Positions 21,520 to 35,072 of a stretch of DNA of 64,000 nucleotides are shown here, in pieces; position 1 is the first letter of the stretch; every line of letters begins with the position of its first letter. The notes beneath the pieces are model-generated. The model searched no databases, was not told the DNA's origin, and saw only the letters and a list, made by a program, of their open reading frames with translations. The DNA is from Rebecca billardiae RCC1528 (Eukaryota; Protista; Haptophyta). A program made the position numbers and the translations under genes. Location of the stretch: NCBI GenBank assembly GCA_965240325.2, contig OZ251228.1, forward strand, positions 1,922,001-1,986,000, read 5' to 3'.

Positions 21520-24509
21520 TCAGTCCGCGTGCGCGTGCCGAGCATTCGAGCTGGCGCCGTCACGGCCGCCCTTGCGCTTGGCGCCGCCAGCGCGCGCGGA
21601 GAGCAGCGCCTGCACGTCCGGGATGAGCGCGCCGACCGAGGGCTGGAAGCCGATCCCGTGCGCCGCCATCCCCGACGAGAGCAGCGCGGGCCACGAGCGC
21701 TGCCAGCTGAGCACCGCCGAGGCACCCCCCGGCGCGCGCGGCGACGCGCTCGCGCTCACCACGTCCGCATCGCCGTCGGCGACGGCCGCTTCGCTGATCG
21801 CCGGCGGCAGGTGCAGGCCGTCGTCGGACGGGCGGCGCGGCCAGATGCGCGCCTCGGCCCACGCGAGCCGCGGCGTGTGCACCTCCATCCCAACCTCGAG
21901 CGCGCTCGCGAGCAGCGCGCGCTCGACGAGCGTCTGGCACTGCAGCCGCAGCAGGTGCGGCCACGCCATCCGGGCGCCCCCGTCCAGGAAGGAGCGCATG
22001 TCCTCCGCGGTCGGGTGCCGCAGGATGCGCCCTGCGTGCGAGGGCGCGCGGCGGAAAGGGCGCGGCGCGGCTGAGCGCGCGCGGCTGCAGGGCCTGACGG
22101 GCGGGGCGCGCCCCGCCCCGCGCCACCCGGCGCGGCGTCGCCTCGCGCGCGGCTCGTGCGGCCGGGCGTGGCCGCTCGCGCTCGCCCGCCGCCCTTCGCC
22201 CGGCGGTGGCGTGGCGCGCCGTGCGGTGGCGCGCGCCGGCGCGGCGCGGCGTGGCGCGCCGTGCGCGCACAGGTGAGGTCGGAGAGCCGCAGCCTGGGGA
22301 AAATGGTCACGTCCTCCGGCCTGCCGACGTACTCCTGTGCGACGAGGTTCTGCAGCTCGGTGGGGAGGTAGTCGTGCGCCTTGGCGTACTTGTCCAGCCG
22401 CGCGCGCACGTCCGTGACGATGAAGCGCTGCAGCCGGGACAGGTACGAGCACGGCTGCGCGCGCTCGAACAGAAACGGCGCCACATGCACATTCACCTGG
22501 GAGACGATGAAGTGAGTCGCGTGGAACTGCGCCGAGAGCTCGCGCATCGGGATGTCGGACTGGAAGGAGCCGTCGCGGAAGAGGAGCCCCGCCGACTCGA
22601 GCGGCACGATCGAGCCGTCCGGCGCCTTGGCGAGCAGCGTGCCCGGCCGCATCACGCCGGTCAGCGCGCACGACGCCTGCACCGCCGAGCGCACGAGCAC
22701 GTTGGGCGTGACAATGTGATTGAGCAGCAACGTCGCACCGAGCGAGGTGGTAGAGGTTGAGAGGTTGACGAGCCGGCCGGTGCGCGCGAAGGCCTCGGCG
22801 AAGGTGAGGTCCCCGCAGATCGGCTCGAGCGCCGCGAGGAACGCCTCCTTGTTCACCACCACGCCGTCCGTCGCGAACCGCCGGATGCACGTCCACGCGT
22901 CGTCGAACCAGCGGTGGCCGTCGCGCGTCGACACGTCTTCCGTGATGAAGGCGGGGAGCTCCTCGTCCGTGCGGCACGCGAGGAGGCCGGCGACGATGGC
23001 GCCGCCGCTGGTGCCCGAGACGACGGCGGGGAGGAGCCCGTGCGCGAGCAGCTCCTTCACCAGCCCCATGTGGTACATCGCGATCGCGCCGCCGCCGGAC
23101 AGGCACAGCGCCGTGCAGCCGTGCGCGTGCCGCGCCGCGGCCACGAACGCCGCCTTGCGCGGCTTGGTCCAGCCCGAGTCGAGCGGCCACTCGGAGCGCA
23201 CGAGGTGCTCGATCGCGCCGGTGATCTCGGCGAGGAGGCGCTCGATGCTCGCCTTGCACCCCACGCCCGGGTACATGTAGTTGTGCGGGTCGTTGATGTT
23301 CGCGAACTTGCGGTTCACCAGCGTCATCAGCAGCTCGGCGAGCGCGTGCGGCGAGTGCATCGCGTCCGCCTCGGCGCGCACGCGCGCCAGCGTCTCCCTC
23401 GCGCGCTCGACCAGCCTCCAGTCGAAGTGCGGCGACTTGGCGACGCGCCACGCCTCGCGGCCCTCGAGGTCGTCGAGCGCCGCCTTCGCCGACAGCCACT
23501 CCGTGTACGAGCACGCGCGCGCGCACTCCGCGCGCAGCCGCGCCGCGGCGAAGAAGGTGCGCGGCCGGTGCAGCAGCCCGACCAGCCCGAGCGCGTGCAG
23601 CGTCTCCACGAGCGGCCTCCCAAACAGCAGCCGGCCGGCGGTGCGGAGGAAGAGGATGGGGCCGACGGGGATGAGCTCGACGATCGAGACGAGCACGCCG
23701 CGCAGGATCAGCGCCATCCGCAGCGGCGACGACGGCACGTGGTGCGCGCGGTCCGAGAGCGCGTACCGGAACGCGACGATCGCGACGCTCGCCACCGAGA
23801 GGCCGAATCGAATCCGCGCAAACGACAGCCCGAAGAACCACCAGACGGAGGCGACGAAGGCGTCGCACAGCCGCGCGATCCGCGGCCAGTCGGTGGTCTC
23901 CTCCTCGCGCAGCCGCGAGAGCACCAGCTCGAGCGGGCGCACGCGCTCGATCGTGTCCACCAGCCGGCACGCCAGCGAGGAGAGCATGATGGAGGTCGTG
24001 AGGTAGTGCAGCATGTGAACGCCCGGGTTGAGCGTGCGGCACGCGCCCTTCCACACGAGCGTGGCCAGCGCGATGAGCGTGAGGTCGCCCACGCGCACCT
24101 GCAGCTTACGCAGCGAGTACGCCGAGTCCTCGCGGATGAAGCCCGTCGAGATCACAAAGTAGACCTCGGCCGCGATCACGAGCAGGCCGCCGACGACCGC
24201 AGTGATGCGCCCGCGCAGCCGGATGAGGTTGAGGACGACGATGAGCACGCCGAGCGAGAGCACAAGGGTCGACCACACCGTCAGCACCGTTACGGACGGC
24301 ACCGATGTGTCCACGAGCCCCGTGAGCACGACTGCGCCGGGGCCGCGCGCGCGCCACGCGCGGGGCGTGAGGGATGCGCGCCGCCGCCGCGCGCGCCGCG
24401 CGTCTGCGCCCGCGCACTGGCGCACGCGCGCACGTGGGATGAAGAGGGTAGGGAGCACAATGCCCACAACCACCACGAGTAGCAGCAGCCCGTACGCGAC
24501 GAGCTGCAT
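21520..24509 (-). CDS. Patatin-like triacylglycerol lipase (SDP1/TGL type) with N-terminal transmembrane region; introns ~24332-24433 and 22032-22270
   Basis: LSGGGAIAMYHMG, GTSGG nucleophile, DGS catalytic Asp, SQVN; DUF3336-like SYTEW...LDDLEGREAWR segment. Confidence 0.85.
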
Positions 24510-25004
24510 GGCTGCCGACGGCGGAGGAGCGAGGCGGTGGTGGGGCTCGGCTGCCCAGCCGCAGGGCCCACCAGCAGGGACGAAAGGGACGAAACCGGGT
24601 CGACGAAAATAATTACTGCGGCTTGTCATCCGGTTGATGAAATCGGCTGTATTGCACCGAAGCCCCCCCACTGGAGAGCTTGGGTTTCCCACGCAGTGGC
24701 CTCCGGCCGCCCGCGCCGCGCCGAGCCTGACCGCAGCATGGAGCCCGCCACGTGAGTTGCCACGTCATGATGAGCTTGCTGTGAGTCTGAGGACCTGCGC
24801 CGTGACGTCGATGGCTATGAACGCCCGTCTTTCAAAAGAGTTCTGGCAGAATCGTGACGACACGTCTGAATCTGTTCAATTTGGGTGGATTGAGACATCT
24901 AGCTGGCCGCGAACGAGCGTGCGCGTGTCCGCTGTTGTCGTGTCCGGTCGTCGCCACCCGCGAAGCAGTCGCCTGCACCGTACACTCACAGTGACGGGCC
25001 CTAT

Positions 25005-25343
25005 CTAAGGGTCGGCATCAGCTGCTGCTGAAGCGGCTTTGTGCTGAGGGGCTTTATCGTCCGTGGCGGCCAGGCTCGCGTCCAGACACTCGCGCACGAA
25101 ATCGAACATCTCGTCCCCGTGCGCAGCGGCGTGCAGATCGGCCACCGTGAGCACGTTGGACTTGCGTTGCGTCGCCAAAGCGGCGGCGGCGGTGGCGAGG
25201 TCGCGCGCAAACATCTCTGCCGCCTGCGCGACCACTGTCGGTGTCGCGTCGGCCATGCGGCCGACCTCCTCGCGCTCGCGCATTATTCTTTTCACACACC
25301 ACGCCGGCAGCGAGCCAGCATCAGCCGAGCGCTTGGGCGCCAT
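25005..25343 (-). CDS. Histone-fold protein (NF-YC/DRAP1/CHRAC15-DPB3 family)
   Basis: LPAWCVKRIMR..EVG......VAQAAEMF..DL......RKSNVL...DL..A....EMFDF. Confidence 0.8.
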   Translation of the reverse strand: MAPKRSADAGSLPAWCVKRIMREREEVGRMADATPTVVAQAAEMFARDLATAAAALATQRKSNVLTVADLHAAAHGDEMFDFVRECLDASLAATDDKAPQHKAASAAADADP

Positions 25344-25650
25344 GCCACCCAGGTCCTCGTCGAGGGCGGCAGCGAGCGCCGTCAGCCCGCGGAAAAACAA
25401 TTATTCCTCGATCTGCTGCGCCAAATCTCGGCGCGGGCGTGAAAATTGCATCAGCAAGATCCGGGCTCTGCCGCCGGAAGGGCCGACGCGCCGGCCGGGG
25501 CACTGGGGCAGGCGTCTCGGCGGCGGCCCCACGTCCGCTGCAAGGCCAACTGCTCTGCTTGCCGAGCGAGAGGAGATCTCGCCGAGGCCGCAAGGGCATC
25601 AGCTCTCGGCACCGCCGTTGCTGCTGCGCACCCCTCCTCTCGCGCGTGCG

Positions 25651-26081
25651 ATGGCGCTCTCGACGAGCAAGGCCTCTGCGGAGGTGGCGAACAAGAACCT
25701 CAAGCGGCTCGAGGGGCTGATGAAGCTGCCTGACAACCAGGTGTGCGCCGATTGCCCGATCAAAGGCCCGCGATGGGCCTCCATCAACCTCGGCATCTTT
25801 GTGTGCATGCCGTGCGCGGGTATCCACCGCAACCTGGGCGTGCACATCTCCAAGATGAAGTCCGTCAACCTGGACAAGTGGAACGCCGACTGGGTCGACA
25901 ACATGGAGAAGTGGGGCAACGTGCGCGCCAACACGGTGTGGCAGGCCAACATGCCGCCCGGCTACCGGCTTCCGACGGAGAAGGACGCGACGGACCAGAC
26001 GCCGACGCTGGAGAAGTTCATCCGGGACAAGTATGAACGCCAGCTCTTCAAGCTCCGCGACGACCAGCCACCACCACAGCC

Positions 26082-26113
<32 letters not shown>

Positions 26114-27513
26114 CACCGCAGCAGCAGTACCAGCAGGCTCAGCGCGCGCCGCAGCGCGAGCAGCCGGCCAGGCAGGCGCCGCCCCCGCCCAAGCCGCAGC
26201 AGCCCGCCATCGACTTGCTTGGTGACTTCGACGCCCCGGCGCAGCAGCCCCAGGCCCAGCAGTCGTCGCAGGACCTCTTCGGCGCCTTTGCGCCGCCGCC
26301 ACAGCAGCAGCAGCAGCAGCAACAGATGCAGCAGCAGCAGCAGCAGATGCAGCAGCAGATGCAGATGCCTGTGTCGCCATCGCCGTCGCAGCAGAGCGGC
26401 TTCATGGGGCAGCAGCAGATGCCGGTGTCACCATCGCCGTCGCAGCAGAGCGGCTTCATGGGGCAGCAGGGGCAGCAGGGGCAGCAGCAGGACGGCTTTG
26501 GCCAGTTCGGCGGCGCGCAGGCGATGCAGCCCGAGCAGTCGCGCGCGGACAAAGTGAACAGCGTGCTGTCCATGTACCAGCAGGGCGGCGGCGGCGGCGG
26601 CGGCGGCGGGATGGGCGGCGGGATGGGCGGCGGGATGGGGATGGGCGGCATGATGCCGCAGATGGGCGGGATGGGCGGCGGCATGGGCCAGATGCAGGGC
26701 GGCATGGGCATGGGCGGCCAGATGGGCGGCATGCAGGGCCAGGGCCGCCCGCAGATGGGCATGCAAGCCGGGATGGGCGGCGGGATGATCCCGCAGATGG
26801 GCTCCATGGGCGGCGGAATGGGCCAAATGATGGGCGGCGGGATGGGCGGCAACATGCAAGGCGGCATGGGTGGTACGCGCGTGCACGGACATCGCGCCGA
26901 TCCAGCGCGCCACGGGGCCGCGTGGGCCCCATGCGCTGTACACGCCGGCTGCTGATCGCGTGTGCCCACCCCTCAACCGCGCGCGACGCCTCACTTGGGG
27001 GCACGCAGGCGGCATGCAAGGCGGCATGGGCGGCCAGATGGGCGGTATGCAGGGCGGCATGCAAGGCGGCATGGGCGGCATGCAGGGCGGCATGCAGGGC
27101 GGCATGGGCCAAATGGGCGGCATGCAGGGCGGCTACGGCGGCCAGATGGGCGGCGGCGGCATGCAGGGCGGCTACGGCGGCCAGATGGGCGGCGGCCAAA
27201 TGGGCGGTATGCAAGGTGGCATGCAGGGCATGCAAGGCGGCATGCAGGGCGGCTTTGGTGGCCAGATGGGCCAGATGGGAGGTGCGTGCGGCGCGCTCGC
27301 TATCTGGCGAGACCGCGCTTGTGCCTTCCACCGTGCGGCTGCACTCATCTCGTGCCGACCTGCCCCATCTTGCGCACGCATGCGCACGCCGCCGTCCTCC
27401 GCCGCTTCCGCGCAGGCGGCCAGAATGGCCAGCAGTTTGGTGGCATGCAAGGCCAGATGTACGGCGGCATGCAGGGCCAGAACCAGATGGGAGGCATGGG
27501 CGGCTTCCGTTAG
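25651..27513 (+). CDS. ArfGAP (SMAP/AGD5-like) with Q-rich and G/M/Q-rich low-complexity tail; introns 26873-27008 and 27282-27415
   Basis: CADC..KGPRWASINLGIFVCMPCAGIHRNLGVHISKMKSVNLDKW; FIRDKYE; DLL/DLF motifs. Confidence 0.92.
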
Positions 27514-29878
27514 GCGCCTTCGCAGGCACGTCACATCTGTGAGCTGGTCGCCGCCCGAGTCGCGGCTGCACGGCCGGCTCATCCTGCATTCTGATATTCT
27601 TAGCGGTCTTAACAGTTCGCCGCCGCGCGGCGCGCCCGGCAGTGCGCCCGCTCGGCTGCCAACGAGTCATACCCCCGCGGCCCAGCTGCGAAGCGCAGTC
27701 TAATTATATACTGCTCCGGACCCCGTCGGACGGTCGCCGGGGAGTAAGTAGTATACTAAAGTAGGCCGAGTCCGACTACTCCGTCTCCGAGGGCGTAACT
27801 ATTTACTATATATATATGTCTATAGACGACTCGTATAGTACGGTTGTGACAGCAGCCTGAGCAGCAGCCGCGACTTTTAAAAATTATCGGGGGCGGGGCG
27901 TCAGCGATGCAGCAGGTGGACGCCGCTGCACCCATCTCAGACCCTTGGCGCTGGCCTCCTCCGAGTCCGAGTCCTCCACGGGTGCCCCTCGCTCCACCCT
28001 AGGTGGGGCAGGGGGTGCGGGTGTGACGAGCCCAGCGGCAGGGGCCAGGTTCCCCAGCATCAAGCACTGCATCTGCAGCAGCCCGCCGGCGGGCCGGGCT
28101 GCGACGTCGACTACAACCTGGCATCCGCTTCATCGCCCAGCAGAGCGCACTAGGCGGCGCGCTCACTCTCCAAGCCCCCCTTCTGCAGCTCGGCGCGCCG
28201 CTTGGCCGGCGCGCGGCGACGCATACTACGACCTCATATCCTCATCCAGGCGCCCACGCGGGCGCACGGGGGCGACAGCCGCGGCTGCCGTCTGCTGCAG
28301 CTGCTCGCCGCTAGGTCGGCGGGCGGCGACATTGACTACGACCTCACCCTCATCCAAGTGCTCCGGAAGGCGCTCGGCCGCGGCGGCATCTGCCGTCGCC
28401 GCCGCGTGCCCCAGGCCGAGGCGGTGCTCCATCCCAGCCCTGCTCCCGTAGGCCGTAGGGGGGCAGGGCTGCGGGTGGCGCACTGTCTGACCTGGACGGA
28501 AGGCGCGGACGCATTCTATGTGTCTGCTGCACTCTGAGCCTGACGCTTGCCCGTTGCTGCCACGTCATTAAATATACATATATTATTTCGACCGCGTAGC
28601 TATAGCTGTATAATATTAATTTGCCGCGGCGTCCTGGTCGTCCGCCGTAAAATCGTACGTAATACTGGCCCAGTGAATAAATTGGCGAATTAACGGCTCG
28701 AACTGCTGACCGTATGTCAAGGCCAAGGGCAGTGTAAGAGGGCGTCATCAACGGTCAAGGCGGCGCTGCTGCCGCGCGGCCCCACCGCCCGCCCGCCCGC
28801 CCGGCCCGCGGCCGCCAGCCGCGGTGCCCGCCGTAGGCGCCGTACGAGGACTGATTCATACTACCACAGTTTACTACCACGCAGGGACTCTCACTCTGCC
28901 TCAGTCAAGTTAGTCAGCGCGCATCATCCCGGACCGATGTCGCGCTGTAGTGACCGCCGACGCTTCGGCGATTCTATTTACGGCATTTCTTCGGCGTCGT
29001 CACTGTTGTCTTCTGTTGTCGTTGATTGACTGCACTGAGTCTGATTGAAGCCTGACACCGTTGTCACTGATGGCATCAGTGACTGCCACTGAATTAATGA
29101 CGACGCCATGACTGATCCGATAGTGACAATATGGCCCGGGCCAAGCGGTTCAGAGTTCAGGCCGCACCGTGCGGCACTCCGTCCCTGACCGTGTCCGTGA
29201 CTCGGACAGACCGTGACATCTGTCGATCTGAGATGATTACCTAGACGTTCGTCTGACGCGTATATTCGTATATTATTATTCACTGCGGTGAGACAGCCAC
29301 TTACTTACACTAGCCACTGTTGCCGCCTCGGACTGGCGATCGCCAATGGCAATGCGCTCTGACTCGCCGCCGGAGTGCCCCCCCGGTCTGGCCGGGGGTC
29401 GCCCGGACGATGCGCTGCGGTCGTCAGCAGCGCCGCCGCGGGCATCATGCAGCAGTAATATACTGCTATGACGATCACTGACGAACTGAGTATCGGAACT
29501 CGCGCGAGTATCAATTCAGCATCATCATCAGATGGCGGATTATTAATAGACGACGCGCGACAAGTTCAGTCAGACAACTAGGCTACATGCCACTAGTTGA
29601 TAGTACATTATAAGCATTATGACTGCCACCAGTCAGAGCCACTCACCACTACCAGTGGCAGTGTGAGTGTCGGTTGGCGTCGTCGGGATGGCGGGTCACT
29701 GAGCCCTCAAAAGGCAGCCTCACGCGCGGGGATGTCGATGCACCCGTTCAAGTGCCCATGCCGACAGCCCGACACGCCGCCCCCCGAAGCCAATCGCCCA
29801 GCCGTGTCAGTCAGGCCGGCGCCAGGTGGACTGGCCACCGGGAGCAGTGCGTGCGGCGCACACGCGCCAATGCCGTCC

Positions 29879-31148
29879 TCAGTCGTCAAAGCTGTCATCC
29901 GCCTTCGGCAGCAGACGCCGGCCACCCTTGGGCGCAGGGCGCCGGCTCTGCGCGCTCGCCGCCGGGTCGGGCGCGTCGGCCTCAGCCGCACGCTCGCCCT
30001 GGAGGCGCTCGGTGATCCATGCGTCCGTCACGTCTGACAGGTCCTGCGTCTCGACCGACTTGGCCACCTCGATGCCGATCGACTCGAGCAGCGACTTGAC
30101 TGCGGGCTTGGCGGAGGAGTGGATCATGCGCGCGCGCACGGGCGTCTCGTCCGGGCAGATGGACACGAGCACCGTCGCGAGCGTGCCGTCCGCGGCCGCG
30201 TGCCGGAGCACGGCGAACGCGGGCTCGTTGGGCGCGTGCTGCTCGAGCGCGCTGCGCAGCGCGGCCGCGCCGCTCGGCGGGAAGGTGCCTGCCACCTCGA
30301 CGCGCTCGGCCTTGACGGCGAGCAGCACGCCCTCGGGCGGCTGCGCCGCGGCCGAGAGCTCGGACGGCGTGAAGCGAGCAAGCTTTGCGCGCGCCTCGTC
30401 GGAGGCGGGAAAGCCCAGGGCTGCGCCGGAGATGCCGCGGCCGGCGAGCGGCCCCGCGCGCTGCGCGCTTTCCGCAGCCATCGCGCGCTCGTCATCCATC
30501 GCCTGACGTTCAGCGTCGGACAGCGTGGTCGCGCTGAGCTTGGGCCCGAGCGACGCCGCGTTGACAAGGGCATCGCCCACTGCGCGCGTGTTCTTTTGAA
30601 AGTCGAGCGAGTTCCGCCCCTGGTACTCCTTCTTGCGCGCCTGCGTCGCCTCGTCCACGAACACGGCTGCCTGCAGCTCGGATGCCTCGGTGCAGTGGAT
30701 GTCGCGCGGGTAGATGAGGCCGGAGCCGAGCTCGCGCTTGAGGCTGTCACGGCTGCGTGCGGATCGTGGACGCAGGCGGGGAGGGGATGGGTCACGATGG
30801 CGAGTGCTCGCGCCCGCCTCGCGCCGCGGCGCACGCGCGCGCGCGGCGCACGCACCCCGATGCGTACAACATCCGATCCCGCACGCGGCAGGACTCCGGG
30901 ATGTACGAGACAAGGCTCCACTGCTTGCGACTAGGCTGCTGCACGAGGAGGAAGCATGCCGCACCTTCATCGCTCAGCAGAGCCGTCGCACTCATCTCCG
31001 ACGGCTCACTGAAGCGCGCACTCTTAGTCAGCTTATACGTCTCGTCGGCGATCGTCACGCAGTACGCGGCGAGCTCGGCAGCGTCCTCGCCCTGGGACGC
31101 GAATGCATCGAGGAGCTCTTTCGAGGCGCGAAAGCGAGCGGCGTTCAT
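29879..31148 (-). CDS. TWF: Twinfilin (two ADF-H domains); intron 30753-30855
   Basis: LVSYIPESCRVRDRMLYAS and VSICPDETPVRARMIHSSAK; basic C-tail RRPAPKGGRRLL. Confidence 0.85.
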
Positions 31149-32194
31149 CTCTCCGTGGAACTATGCGCGGAGCGACGAGCACGACTTCCCAGCCGGTCGC
31201 CGCGAGGTGCCGACTCGCGCGCGCGCGGAGTGGTTGACCTCAACGCGCGATCCACAGGGTGCCGAGTGCCGGGAAAATACTTTATTCGTTCGTCGAATCG
31301 TCGCGCGTGACGAAAATTGGCAGTAAATTGCGCGGTGATTTCCGATTCAAGGGTGAAAGAGTTTCCGTGGGCACTGGCGCTGATGACAGCTGAGTTAACT
31401 CGCGTACGCGCCGTACGCTCACGTTAAGCTTCCCTTTCGCCATCGAAGCCATCCCGGTGGCGTACCGCGGGTATATGCCAATGTGCTCGCACGGCTCCTG
31501 AGCGTACTTGATGCCATAGGCTGTTCGTCATGCCTGAGTCTGACGGTTGCGACGCGCATATAGCTTGCGACGTTGCTCGTACAGTCGTCAGGCACGCAGA
31601 CGCTCACGTCGCTGCTTCGGATGAGCACATGTTTGTAGTCTCGACCTCGAGCACTTACACGGTCACAAACAATCGATCCATTGCCCCAGCGTCGGCGTTC
31701 GAGTCTGGGTCGTCGATCATCCAGGCACCACTGTTGCGCGCGAGCGCATCCTCATGGCATCCTGTCGTGCATGCCGTCCAGCGCCTGTGCCCAACACCTT
31801 GATCACGCGAGCTGCCATGGCACATCCGCGGGTCAGGCAGAGCTCTGCGACACAGCCGGGATAACCAGCGCGACCAATCACCTTCGTCTCGCGAATCGCC
31901 GCCGAGTGCCCATTCTCATCCATGGGATCATCTGCTGACGCGCCGCAACATCCGTGTCGGAGTGACGCGTGCCGCCGATGCGTGGATGAGCACTCAGAGT
32001 AGCTGCAGACGATCACTCCTGCTTCACGTCATCATCTTCTTGGGCCTGGGTGCCCATCTGATCCATCCGCCGTCGCTCCCAACGCCGTCATGGGTTGCCC
32101 GGCTTGCGGCCGCCTCTCCTGGGCCCGAGCACCCAAAGTGCTGGGTTCCTGGTGACTTTTAAGGTTGTCGTCTGGGAATCCGGACGCCGCCCGC

Positions 32195-33707
32195 CGAACC
32201 GTTCGAAGAGCATGGCGCCGCCGCCCGGCGCACGCGCAAGGACACGCCGCAGGAGGACCTGGGCGTGATATGCCGCGATCTCGCGCGCGAGGCGGTGCGC
32301 GTGAGGAGCATGCGCACTGGAGGAGACCTCACAGACGCGCGCGACATGGACAACGACCTGCGCAAGGCATCTGAGTTGATGACCGAGGCCGAGAAGTGCC
32401 GGAGCCATCAACGACAACGACAAGTGGATCAAGCAGGCGAACACCACCATTAAGCACGAGCGAGAGGTCATTCGGATGTCGGCAAGCTTCGTACAGCATA
32501 TCTCGAAGGCGCCGCCGCACGCCTCGCGCGCTGTGCCAAGTGCAGCCGCATGGCTGAGGCTCCCGAGGGGCTGCGCTCGCTTGCGTCGTCCCACGACGGA
32601 GGGCACGACATCGATACGGGCGGGCTCAACACCGCCAACCGCCCGCCGGGGCAGGCCGACGAGACCCAGAAGCATGCGTTGTACTCATCGGACACGCTCG
32701 GCGCACTCTCAGGTCGTGTTGGGCGCCCACGCGCGCGCGCGTGCTGCCACGAGCACCACGACAAGCCCAAGCGTGCACTCGGCGGCATGCGCGTGAGCCC
32801 TGTAGCTCCGTCAGACGCCCGTGACATGGTGTCAGCGACGTGCTCGCCGCAAACAATTGCAACGAAACCCGGGCGCGGACGGGCTCCTGATGGGTCCGAA
32901 ATTTGGACGGAAGTCGGACATAAATGCGAATATCTGCTACTTAACAGGCCAATATGGCCCAATTATAAGAAATATGGGTAATATATCCAACTTCCGTCCA
33001 AATTTCGGACCCAAGAGCCCGTCCGCGCCCGGGTTTCGTTGCAATTGTTTGTGGCGAGCACGTCGCTGACACCATGTCACGGGCGTCTGACGGAGCTACA
33101 GGGCTCACGCGCATGCCGCCGAGTGCACGCTTGGGCTTGTCGTGGTGCTCGTGGCAGCACGCGCGCGCGCGTGGGCGCCCAACACGACCTGAGAGTGCGC
33201 CGAGCGCGTCCGATGAGTACAACGCATGCTTCTGGGTCTCGTCGGCCTGCCCCGGCGGGCGGTTGGCGGTGTTGAGCCCGCCCGTATCGATGTCGTGCCC
33301 TCCGTCGTGGGACGACGCAAGCGAGCGCAGCCCCTCGGGAGCCTCAGCCATGCGGCTGCACTTGGCACAGCGCGCGAGGCGTGCGGCGGCGCCTTCGAGA
33401 TATGCTGTACGAAGCTTGCCGACATCCCGAATGACCTCTCGCTCGTGCTTGATGGTGGTGTTCGCCTGCTTGATCCACTTGTCGTTGTCGTTGATGGCTC
33501 CGGCACTTCTCGGCCTCGGTCATCAACTCAGATGCCTTGCGCAGGTCGTTGTCCATGTCGCGCGCGTCTGTGAGGTCTCCTCCAGTGCGCATGCTCCTCA
33601 CGCGCACCGCCTCGCGCGCGAGATCGCGGCATATCACGCCCAGGTCCTCCTGCGGCGTGTCCTTGCGCGTGCGCCGGGCGGCGGCGCCATGCTCTTCGAA
33701 CGGTTCG
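32195..33707. repeat. Long inverted repeat (arms ~32195-32922 and ~32982-33707; ~60-bp AT-rich spacer)
   Basis: Near-identical ORFs on opposite strands (32550+ vs 33351-); few substitutions and indels. Confidence 0.92.
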
Positions 33708-33782
33708 TTAACCACCGCCTTCTAATGGCCCTGTAACGGCCGGCGGGTCGCTCTGCGACACCGCCAACAGAAACAACATAGC

Positions 33783-34515
33783 GGAAACCCGGGGACTTTG
33801 TCCCCGCGCCCCTATCGCGGGCTCTGGCGCGCGAACGCTTTGTCACTACTGGCTCCCCGAGGTGGAGAGCGGCGCTCCGTGCACCAACAAAGACATCCCC
33901 AGCCGCATGTTGCCACTCGACACCTCGTCTCGCCTCGCGCGGAGCCAACTTGTGGTGTGCGGGAGCCACCCGTAGCACACTGGGCCGTGTAGCGACGCGT
34001 GTGGCGGGTCAACAGTGCATCGCGAAGGCGTCGCACGCGCAATCCGTTGAGTACATACTCATGTCTGTCCCATGGCACGTCATGCACCGCCTGTCGACAC
34101 CTCGTCTCGCTTCGCGCGGAGCCAACTTGTGGTGTGCGGGAGCTACCCGAAGCACAGGCTGTGCTGCACGCGGCGCGTCGCGAGTCGGGAGTGCATCGGC
34201 GCACGCGGCGGCGCACGACGTGCCATGGGACAGACATGAGTATGTACTCAACGGATTGCGCGTGCGACGCCTTCGCGATGCACTGTTGACCCGCCACGCG
34301 CGTCGCTACACGGCCCAGTGTGCTACGGGTGGCTCCCGCACACCACAAGTTGGCTCCGCGCGAGGCGAGACGAGGTGTCGAGTGGCAACATGCGGCTGGG
34401 GATGTCTTTGTTGGTGCACGGAGCGCCGCTCTCCACCTCGGGGAGCCAGTAGTGACAAAGCGTTCGCGCGCCAGAGCCCGCGATAGGGGCGCGGGGACAA
34501 AGTCCCCGGGTTTCC
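33783..34515. repeat. Second long inverted repeat (arms ~33783-34091 and ~34207-34515)
   Basis: Identical 64-aa ORFs at 33798+ and 34500-; the spacer holds an extra direct copy of ~33917-33972. Confidence 0.92.
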
Positions 34516-35072
34516 ACTGTCGTTTCCGCCGCACCCCTCGCCTAGCGAGGGGTGCTCGACCGTTACGGGAGATTAGATGCACCTGACTTTTAACTTTTTG
34601 CAGCCATGCGTCGCTCGGCGAGGCATTGGCCTGGCGAGCTCTTGGTCGTCGATTCCCCACGCCTTGGCGGGTTGTCCGATGGAAGCTTCGGCCACGGCGA
34701 GGTTTTGTTCGGCGGCTAGAGGCCAGAAACTTCCGATTTTTGGCCCTGAAACCTCAGATCTGCTGACAAAAATGGCGGGCTCACGGCCGATGGCGGCGGA
34801 TTATTGGGGGTGGCGCTACGGGGCGTTCTGAAGCGCCTATGCGTCGGGCATCTAGCGCTTACTGGGGACCATGTGGCCGCAGTGATCCCCTCGGCTACTA
34901 TGCACGCATAAGTGCGGATTATTCACAATGGCCAAATGCGTCGGTCGTCCTTCATTTTTAATAATATATATGATGGGCGGGTTTTTTGAATTTTGAATCC
35001 TGCAGCATAATCTGCTGATGCTTTTTTAAAAAGTACTAGCAGACTAATAGTAGACTCGGTCCGACAGTAGTT

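Noticed and set aside
31419-32016. Possible degraded gene next to the palindromes
   Set aside because: Short interrupted ORFs with no recognisable motif.
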